Positions 14,670 through 20,597 of a DNA stretch of 20,597 nucleotides are shown here, piece by piece. Under the pieces are notes generated by a model, which saw only the letters and a program-made list of their open reading frames with translations, was not told the DNA's origin and searched no databases. Location of the stretch: assembly GCA_018780145.1 (NCBI GenBank), contig JADMKA010000243.1, positions 1 through 20,597 on the forward strand, given 5' to 3'. Position numbers and translations under genes: made by a program. This stretch comes from Vitreoscilla sp. (GTDB lineage Bacteria; Pseudomonadota; Gammaproteobacteria; Burkholderiales; Burkholderiaceae_C). How positions within the stretch are numbered: the first letter of the stretch is position 1; the number at the start of each line of letters is the position of its first letter.

Positions 14670-16700
14670 ATGCAGTGGCCGGACGTCTTGCGCTGGCTGC
14701 AGGTCGCGAGCGTGCTCTGCGTCATGGGCAGCAGCGCAGCGCTGCTGCTGGGCGGCAGCGGCGGCGGAGCGCATGGCGCACGCTGGCGGCGCATCGTCAT
14801 GGCCGCGATGCCCTGGTTTGCCGGCGCTTCGCTGTTGCTGATGTGCTGGCTGCTGGCTGCACAGGCGGTTTCCGTCACCGGCCGAACCGACGCCGCCTGG
14901 CAGTGGCAGCACTGGCGTGGCGTGCTCGAGCAGACGCGATTCGGCACGGTGTGGGCATGGCGTCAAGCGCTTGGCGTGGCGCTACTCATGGTGCTGCTGG
15001 GCAGGCGACCGCTGGCCGCGCGCGTCGGCAAGCGTGCCATCGCGGCCATCGCACTGGCGCTGGCGGCGGCAATCGCCGGCGCGGCAGCGTGGGCGGGGCA
15101 TGGGGCTGCGGTGGAGCCCAGCGGGCTGGCCACTGCCGCGATGGCGACGCACATGCTCGCGGCCGGGCTCTGGGGCGGTGGCCTGCCGGCCATGGCCCTG
15201 GGCCTGGCGCTGGCCGCGCGCCATCGCGACGGCGATCTGCGCGACTGGATCGCGCGCCTGCTGCGGCGTTTCTCGGTGCTGGCCGCGGCTTGCGTGGCGG
15301 TGCTTGTGCTTTCCGGGCTGGTCGCCGCCTACTTGTTCTCGGGCGCGCCGACCGAGTGGCCGGCGCGCGTGGACGAGTGGCGGCTCGGCCTCTTCACCGC
15401 GCTCGAGCGCTTCGTCGCACCGTTGCTCTCGACGCACTTCGGTGTCTTGCTGCTGGCCAAGATCGCATTGTTCGCGGCGGTGCTCGGCCTGGCCGCCCGC
15501 GTGCGCTGGCGCTGGATGCCGCGACTGGCGCAGGGCGATGAATCGTGGGTGGCTGCATCACGTTCGGTGAAGGCCGAAGCGGCCCTCGTGCTCGTCGTCC
15601 TGCTCTTGGCGGCGCAACTGGCCACCACCGTGCCTGCCGCACACGATGCCATGCGCTGGCCTTTGCCGTTTCGGCTGTCGATCGATGCCTCCTGGCTGCT
15701 GCCGGGCGTGCCGGTGTGGGTGTCCGCGGGTGCGTGTCTGATCGTGGCGGTCCCCATATGGGCCGCCGCTGGGCGGCGCGCGGCGGGGCTGGTCGCGGCG
15801 TTGGCGGGGGCGGGCATCGTCATGTGGGCACTGGCGGTACCCGCCTACCCTGACACCTATCGCCGAAGCACCGTGGCCTACGACGCCGTGTCGGTGGCGC
15901 GGGGCATGGGGCTGTACGGGCAGCAGTGCGTGGCCTGCCATGGCGCCGCCGGTCACGGCGACGGGCCGCTGGCCGCGACGATGCAACCTCGCCCGCCGGA
16001 CCTCGCCGAACCGCACACGGCCTTGCACACCGCAGGCGACATCTTTTCCTGGCTCACGCACGGCAAGCCGAACTCGCCGATGCCGGGATTCGCCGGGGTC
16101 ATGAACGAAGAGCAGCGATGGGACGTCATCAACTTCCTGCGCGCGTTCTCGGCCGGATACCAGGCGCGGCTGCTCACGTCCAGGGTCGTGCCGGGCCAGC
16201 CCTGGCTGGGGCTGCCCGACATCGACTTCGTCGGTGTCGACGATCGTCCGGGATCGTTGTCGGGTCTGCGCGGCCGCACCGTGCTGCTGGTGTTCTACAC
16301 GCTGCCGGCGTCGCAGCAGAGGCTTTCGCAACTGGCGCAGTGGCACGAGCGTCTGCGCGCCGCGGGGGCCGAACTGGTGGCCGTTCCCCTGCCGGCATCG
16401 CGTGGGCAGCCTCGGGCGCCGCTCCCTTACCGGCAGGCCGCCGACGGCGCCGAAGACGCGGCCGCTGCGTACCTGTTGTTCAGGCGAACCCTGTCCAACC
16501 CCGGACGAACGATCGCGGGCGAAGCCCCCGAGCACATGGAGTTCCTGCTCGACCGCTTCGGCTACGCGCGCGCACGCTGGATTCCCGAGCCAAACGCCGC
16601 AGCACCGGGCTGGGACGACGAGCGCCTGCTCGTGCAGCAGATCGAGCTGCTGCGGCGCGAACCGCGCCTGCGGCCGCCGCCGGACGACCATGTGCATTGA
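14670..16700 (+). CDS. copD: CopD-family inner-membrane copper transporter fused to a class I c-type cytochrome and a Cys-less thioredoxin-fold (redoxin-like) domain
   Basis: The N-terminal ~400 aa are polytopic and CopD-like, and the gene starts directly after copC (4-nt gap). The heme motif CVACH is at aa 420-424 (nt 15927-15941), with a distal 'NSPMPGF' Met. Residues ~505-645, 'RGRTVLLVFYTLPASQQRL...AELVAVPLP', look like an AhpC/TSA/redoxin fold with no CxxC. Confidence 0.85.
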   Translation: MQWPDVLRWLQVASVLCVMGSSAALLLGGSGGGAHGARWRRIVMAAMPWFAGASLLLMCWLLAAQAVSVTGRTDAAWQWQHWRGVLEQTRFGTVWAWRQALGVALLMVLLGRRPLAARVGKRAIAAIALALAAAIAGAAAWAGHGAAVEPSGLATAAMATHMLAAGLWGGGLPAMALGLALAARHRDGDLRDWIARLLRRFSVLAAACVAVLVLSGLVAAYLFSGAPTEWPARVDEWRLGLFTALERFVAPLLSTHFGVLLLAKIALFAAVLGLAARVRWRWMPRLAQGDESWVAASRSVKAEAALVLVVLLLAAQLATTVPAAHDAMRWPLPFRLSIDASWLLPGVPVWVSAGACLIVAVPIWAAAGRRAAGLVAALAGAGIVMWALAVPAYPDTYRRSTVAYDAVSVARGMGLYGQQCVACHGAAGHGDGPLAATMQPRPPDLAEPHTALHTAGDIFSWLTHGKPNSPMPGFAGVMNEEQRWDVINFLRAFSAGYQARLLTSRVVPGQPWLGLPDIDFVGVDDRPGSLSGLRGRTVLLVFYTLPASQQRLSQLAQWHERLRAAGAELVAVPLPASRGQPRAPLPYRQAADGAEDAAAAYLLFRRTLSNPGRTIAGEAPEHMEFLLDRFGYARARWIPEPNAAAPGWDDERLLVQQIELLRREPRLRPPPDDHVH

Positions 16701-16756
16701 CGCCGGCGCAGCAGATGGCGCTTCGAAGGAGAACCGACCGATGAAATTCAGTCGAG

Positions 16757-16775
16757 ATGTCGCAAGTTGCGACAT
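16757..16775 (+). promoter_or_regulatory. 19-bp palindrome ATGTCGCAA-G-TTGCGACAT in the 246-bp gap upstream of the PQQ dehydrogenase gene; candidate operator
   Basis: Perfect 9-bp arms around one central base were read directly. The site lies ~170 bp upstream of the ADH start codon, in the largest intergenic gap of the gene array. Confidence 0.45.
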
Positions 16776-16946
16776 GGTTCTAGCGGCGAAGGTCCTCGAC
16801 TCGGGAAACGAGCTCAGTTTGCTCGACCGGACTGAGGGATTCCACCAGCATGCGCGCAGCGCGGCCCCGGCGCGCTCAAAATCCCATTCACTCAACTCAA
16901 CCGAGACGGCGGCTGCGCCAGTCCACACGCATAGGAGAGCAATGAC

Positions 16947-18620
16947 ATGGCAAGTGACCTCACATTCTCGAAATGGCTGCTTGCGGCGGTCGCGGCCTTT
17001 ACCTGCACTGTTCAAGCCCAGAGTTTGGACGCGCTGAAGGCAGACGCGGCTACGCCCGGCGACGTGCTCACGTACGGCATGGGCTACAACAACCAGCGCT
17101 ACAGTCCGCTCAAGCAGATCAACGCCAAGAATGCGTCGAAGCTGCAGCCGCTCTGGGCCTACAGCCTGAACAACCCGCAGGGTCAGGAGTCGCAACCCAT
17201 CGTGCATGACGGGGTGATGTATGTCACCACCTTCAACGCGACGATCGCGCTGGACCCCTTGTCCGGCAAGCAGATCTGGAAACAGGACATCGAGCTTCCG
17301 CAAGACGTGTTCAAGTACGCTTGCTGCGGCATCCTCAATCGGGGCGCAGCGATCTACGACGGGAAGATCTACCGCACCACGCTGGACTCGCAAGTCGTGG
17401 CGCTGGACGCCAAGACCGGCAAGCAAGTCTGGAAGAGCAAGGCGGCCGACTACAAGGACGGCCACGCGATGACCAGCGCGCCGCTGATCGCCGGCGGCGT
17501 GGTGATCACCGGCATCGCCGGCGGCGAGTACGGCACGCGCGGCTTCATCGACGGCTGGGATCCTGCCACCGGCAAGCACCTGTGGAAGTTCTTCACCACC
17601 GCCGCGCCGGGTGAAAAGGGCGGTGACACCTGGCCTGCCGACACGCACGCGAAGGGCGGCGCGCCCACCTGGCTGACCGGCGCATACGACCCGGAGCTGG
17701 ACCTCGTCTATTGGGGCACCGGCAACGGCGGCCCGTGGAACGCGGAGGCGCGCAAGGGCGACAACCTCTACATCAACTCGGTGCTGGCGCTGCGGCCGAA
17801 GACAGGCGAGCTGGTGTGGCACTACCAGTTCAGCCCCAACGACCTCTACGATTACGACGCCACCGAAGTCGGAATGCTGCTCGATCTGAAGGTCGACGGC
17901 AAGAAGCGCAAGGTGCTGGCGCAGGCCAACCGCAACGGCTTCTTCTACGTGCTCGACCGTGCCAACGGCAAGCTGCTGGCGGCCAACCCCTACGTGAAGG
18001 TCAACTGGGCCGATCGCATCGACATCGCTTCGGGCCGTCCGGTGGAAAGCGAGGTGACCAAGCGCATCCGTGCGGGTGGCGACGAGATGGTGTGGCCGTC
18101 GGTGGTCGGCGGCAAGAACTGGACACCGATGTCATGGAATCCCGCCACCGGGCTGGCCTATGCCAATACGCTGAACATGGCCTGGCCGTACCAGCTCGTC
18201 AAGCCCGAGTACAAGAAGGGCGAGTGGTACCTGGGCGTCAACTTCCGCGGCGTGGTGATGCCCAAGGGAGAGCCGCATGGCTACCTGAGCGCGATCGATC
18301 CGCTGACCGGCAAGAGCAAGTGGCAGATGCCCTGGCCGGGCCAGCCGAGCATGGCCGGCACGCTGTCCACCGCCGGCGGTCTGGTATTAACCGGGGCTGC
18401 AACGGGTGAGTTCATGGTGGTGGACGCCGCCAACGGAAAGAAGCACTATGAGTTCAATACGGGCAGCGGAATCATCGGCTTGCCCGTCACGTGGGAACAC
18501 AAGGGCAGGCAGTACGTGACCGTCTTGTCCGGAGCGGGCGGCGTCTGGGGCATTCTGGGCGATGAGCGCATGGCTCAGACGCCGGCAGGAGGGTCGGTGT
18601 GGACCTTCGGTCTGAAGTGA
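16947..18620 (+). CDS. PQQ-dependent alcohol dehydrogenase, methanol/ethanol family (lanthanide-type signature)
   Basis: It has a signal peptide and the vicinal Cys pair 'YACCGILNRG' (nt 17322-17327). Also present are 'GGEYGTRGF', 'GGPWNAEARKGDNLY', and 'SPNDLYDYDATE' with Asp302-Tyr-Asp304 (nt 17850-17858). AGGAG lies upstream of the ATG. Confidence 0.9.
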   Translation: MASDLTFSKWLLAAVAAFTCTVQAQSLDALKADAATPGDVLTYGMGYNNQRYSPLKQINAKNASKLQPLWAYSLNNPQGQESQPIVHDGVMYVTTFNATIALDPLSGKQIWKQDIELPQDVFKYACCGILNRGAAIYDGKIYRTTLDSQVVALDAKTGKQVWKSKAADYKDGHAMTSAPLIAGGVVITGIAGGEYGTRGFIDGWDPATGKHLWKFFTTAAPGEKGGDTWPADTHAKGGAPTWLTGAYDPELDLVYWGTGNGGPWNAEARKGDNLYINSVLALRPKTGELVWHYQFSPNDLYDYDATEVGMLLDLKVDGKKRKVLAQANRNGFFYVLDRANGKLLAANPYVKVNWADRIDIASGRPVESEVTKRIRAGGDEMVWPSVVGGKNWTPMSWNPATGLAYANTLNMAWPYQLVKPEYKKGEWYLGVNFRGVVMPKGEPHGYLSAIDPLTGKSKWQMPWPGQPSMAGTLSTAGGLVLTGAATGEFMVVDAANGKKHYEFNTGSGIIGLPVTWEHKGRQYVTVLSGAGGVWGILGDERMAQTPAGGSVWTFGLK

Positions 18621-18955
18621 TGAGGAAACTGCTGACGGGCGCGGCGGCACTGTGCGCGGGCTTGATCGGCATGCCGGTGTCCGCCCAACCCGCTGACGGG
18701 TTCCCGGTGGAGCAGGTCGAGGCTGGTCGCGCGCAGTACAACCGTACCTGTGCGCAATGCCACGGACGCAACATGGTCAACAGCGGAACCACGATCTTCG
18801 ACTTGCGAAAGTTCCCAGCGGACCAGCCGGAGCGCTTCGTTGCCAGCGTATCGAGCGGCAAGGGCAACATGCCATCGTTCAAGGACGCGCTCACGCGTGA
18901 TCAAATCAATGTGCTTTGGGCGTATGTTGCGTCGCGTGGCGGCAAGGGCCTCTAG
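18620..18955 (+). CDS. Periplasmic mono-heme c-type cytochrome; likely electron acceptor of the PQQ dehydrogenase (XoxG/ExaB-like role)
   Basis: The start ATG 18620 overlaps the ADH stop (TGATG). It has a signal peptide 'MRKLLTGAAALCAGLIGMPVSA' and the heme motif 'CAQCHG', with 'GNMPSF' as the distal Met region. Confidence 0.8.
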   Translation: MRKLLTGAAALCAGLIGMPVSAQPADGFPVEQVEAGRAQYNRTCAQCHGRNMVNSGTTIFDLRKFPADQPERFVASVSSGKGNMPSFKDALTRDQINVLWAYVASRGGKGL

Positions 18956-18979
18956 GTCCTCCGGGGCACCGCGGGCAGA

Positions 18980-19004
18980 TCTCGGCGCGCGTGGCGCGCC
19001 GAGA
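18980..19004 (+). other. Perfect 11-bp-stem hairpin (TCTCGGCGCGC-GTG-GCGCGCCGAGA) between the cytochrome c and binding-protein genes
   Basis: The hairpin was read directly and starts 25 nt after the cytochrome stop. No U-tract follows. It argues that 18956-19007 is non-coding. Confidence 0.5.
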
Positions 19005-19007
19005 CTG

Positions 19008-19922
19008 TTGGCACATGCAGTCGTGACGATCATGATGGCGCTGCAATGCAATGCCTCGGCTGCAAGCGAACCTCTGCGGGTGTGCATGGCGGAGGAAAAC
19101 CCGCCGCTGAGCCGCCTCGCCAATGGAACCATGACGGGGCTGGACTTGCGGATCGCACGAGAGGTGGCGGCGGTGTTGCGGCGAGAGCTGGTCGTCGTAC
19201 CCTTCGACACAACGTACGAGAAGGAGTCATCCCTCGCGCACGAGGTGAATGCGCTGCTTTCGTCGGGGGTGTGCGAGGCGACGAGCGGATTCCCGTTGCT
19301 TGCCGGCGACCTGGGCCCGCCAAGCCGGGCATCGTCAAGGACAGCGGACTATCCGGGTGCGCCCCGCAAGCGAGAGCGGCCCTTCGTACCGCTGAAGCCA
19401 CTGTCGCCCACTCGCGCTTACCAAGGCGTCGCCATCGGTGCGGCGATGCGCGCGCCAGCCGACTCATGGTCCAGCTTGACGGCACTGAGCGAGCGACCGC
19501 ATTGGCGGGTCGGTGCGGTCAGCGGCACGATGGCTGGGACCGTGGCGCTGATGTGGCGCCACGGCGCGCTTCGGTCGCAGTTGGTCTCGTTGAGTCATGG
19601 CGAGAGCGCATTGGACGCGCTCGCTGCTGGAAGGCTGGACGTGGCGCTGGTACCCATCGCGCAGTTCGATGGTTGGCGCCTGGCGCATGCGCGGCCGTCG
19701 CTGACGCTGGCAGGCTGGCGCAAGCCAATTGACGTCAACCTCGGCTTCGTGACCCTGGCCTCGAATGAATCATTGCGCAATGCCATCGATGCGGTCATCT
19801 CGAGCGCCCTGGCTGACGGTCGCCTGGAGGGCTGGGCGACCGCCGAAGGCGCCACCTGGCTCCCACCGCGCACGCCTGACGTATCCAACGGACCGACCCT
19901 GGTGCAGCTCGTGGCAGACTGA
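19008..19922 (+). CDS. Periplasmic solute-binding-protein-family-3 protein, MxaJ/XoxJ-like (quinoprotein-dehydrogenase-associated)
   Basis: It has an SBP_bac_3-like organisation ('LRVCMAEENPPLS...GLDLRIAREVA', 'LDVALVPIAQF') and sits directly after a PQQ-ADH plus cytochrome c pair. The start is uncertain: TTG 19008 gives a short signal 'MAHAVVTIMMALQCNASA|A'. Alternatives are GTG 19023, ATG 19032, or ATG 18924 overlapping the cytochrome gene. Confidence 0.65.
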   Translation: MAHAVVTIMMALQCNASAASEPLRVCMAEENPPLSRLANGTMTGLDLRIAREVAAVLRRELVVVPFDTTYEKESSLAHEVNALLSSGVCEATSGFPLLAGDLGPPSRASSRTADYPGAPRKRERPFVPLKPLSPTRAYQGVAIGAAMRAPADSWSSLTALSERPHWRVGAVSGTMAGTVALMWRHGALRSQLVSLSHGESALDALAAGRLDVALVPIAQFDGWRLAHARPSLTLAGWRKPIDVNLGFVTLASNESLRNAIDAVISSALADGRLEGWATAEGATWLPPRTPDVSNGPTLVQLVAD

Positions 19923-19991
19923 TCCGTAGCGAGATGGCGTTCTCCTGCACGTTGTTGTCGATGCTGTAGTGAACCGTCCTCGACGTAGCGC

Positions 19992-20196
19992 TTGCCCCAT
20001 TGCGTAGCCACCGTCCGCAACCATCTCTGGGCCGTCCATGATCGTGGCCCTCTCGGACGCCAGGAACAGCACCGCGGTGGAGGATTCTTCCGGGCAGGTC
20101 GGACAGCCCAGAATCGTCGTACCCAGCAAGGCCTTGATCATTGTCTTGACCCTGTCCCAGGATTTCGAACCGTTCGGTTACAGAGACGACCGGCAT
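19992..20196 (-). pseudogene. C-terminal remnant of a short-chain dehydrogenase/reductase (SDR) gene, apparently truncated by IS insertion
   Basis: The minus-strand translation 'MIKALLGTTILGCPTCPEESSTAVLFLASERATIMDGPEMVADGGY' matches the SDR C-terminal consensus ('..G.PEE.A..V.FLAS....Y.TG....VDGG'). Upstream similarity continues only in another frame ('PVVSVTERFEILGQ'). No N-terminal Rossmann part is present. Confidence 0.4.
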
Positions 20197-20230
20197 GATT
20201 TAGGCCCCGCGGAGGGGCCAGGAGCATGTC

Positions 20231-20413
20231 GTGAAGAGAAGCAAGTTCACTGAGGAGCAGATCGCCTTTGCGCTCAAGCAGGCGGAGCTGGGCATCAGCG
20301 TCGAGGAGGTCTGCCGCAAGACGGGCATCAGCGAGGCGACCTTTTACGTCTGGCGCAAGAAGTACGGCGGCGTAGGCCCGTCGGAGCTGCGACGGCTGCG
20401 CCAGCTTGAGGAC
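20231..20413 (+). pseudogene. IS3-family transposase orfA (HTH_Tnp_1), interrupted after ~60 codons
   Basis: A GTG start with AGGAG upstream gives 'MKRSKFTEEQIAFALKQAELGISVEEVCRKTGISEATFYVWRKKYGGVGPSELRRLRQLE'. This is a typical IS3 OrfA N-terminus, but the expected leucine-zipper continuation is replaced by unrelated sequence from ~20414. The IS3 left end probably starts at a TGA.. motif at 20147 or 20196. Confidence 0.75.
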
Positions 20414-20415
20414 CC

Positions 20416-20597
20416 TGATGGCCACTTCAAATTCCCCCACCTGTGGCCAGTCAAACTCCCCCGGGCAGGACGGCCGATTATGGGTCGACGGCCGCGTTGA
20501 GCGCGATGCGTGAGGCGGCCTCCTTGAGGCGGTAGCTCTTGCCTTCGAACTCGAGCATGGCGGCGCGGTGCATCAGGCGATCGAGGATGGTGGCGGC
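20416..20597 (-). mobile_element. Terminal part of an IS21-family element, running off the window, inserted into the IS3 orfA
   Basis: It begins with TG at 20416. Two imperfect direct sub-repeats, TGGCCACTTCAAATTCCCCC (20419-20438) and TGGCCAGTCAAACTCCCCC (20444-20462), resemble the multiple terminal transposase-binding repeats of IS21 elements. It contains the istB 3' end. Confidence 0.65.
20478..20597 (-). CDS. istB: IstB-like ATP-binding transposition helper (IS21 family), C-terminal 39 codons only; not in the ORF track
   Basis: My own minus-strand translation from the window edge gives 'AATILDRLMHRAAMLEFEGKSYRLKEAASRIALNAAVDP*'. The stop is the complement of 20478-20480. The 'ILDRL.H......G.SYRLK' motif is the conserved IstB C-terminus. 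Confidence 0.7.
   Translation of the reverse strand, partial: AATILDRLMHRAAMLEFEGKSYRLKEAASRIALNAAVDP

Noticed and set aside
16741-17037. A 99-codon frame starting at ATG 16741 with AAGGAG upstream, in the gap before the PQQ-ADH gene.
   Set aside because: It overlaps the ADH start and signal-peptide region out of frame. It has no motifs and is low in complexity. The region is more likely a promoter and 5'-UTR.
15558-17822. A 754-aa minus-strand ORF across copD and the PQQ-ADH gene.
   Set aside because: It is another shadow frame with low-complexity Arg/Gly/Pro-rich sequence. It runs through an intergenic region and lies opposite two well-supported plus-strand genes.

Overview
GC-rich sequence with strong GC3 codon bias, probably from a Burkholderiales-type betaproteobacterium (inference from composition, codon usage and IS types). 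No rRNA, tRNA or CRISPR array was seen. The left edge carries a thiolase-like/DUF35 gene pair, followed by a minus-strand AcoR-like regulator that lacks the usual AAA+ module. Seventeen co-directional plus-strand genes (2564-19922) then read as a self-contained copper-dependent hydrocarbon-oxidation island. In order they are: a FadL-type outer-membrane channel; a pmoCAB/amoCAB-family copper membrane monooxygenase (CuMMO) operon with metal ligands conserved; a translationally coupled esterase lipoprotein plus SAM methyltransferase; an orphan membrane-anchored periplasmic protein with PmoD-like architecture; an aldehyde dehydrogenase; a CoA-transferase; an MddA-like membrane methyltransferase; a DUF4242 protein; a copper-handling module (His-rich periplasmic protein, CopC, and a CopD-cytochrome c-thioredoxin-like fusion); and a PQQ alcohol dehydrogenase carrying the lanthanide-type D-x-D signature, with its cytochrome c and an XoxJ/MxaJ-like binding protein. 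The right edge is mobile-element debris: an SDR gene remnant, an IS3-family orfA, and an IS21-family element inserted into that orfA (istB 3' end runs off the window). The main point of interest is a CuMMO outside a methanotroph or nitrifier gene context, packaged with uptake, copper supply, downstream oxidation steps and several unexplained accessory genes. All functional calls come from reading the translated ORFs by eye; no database search was possible.
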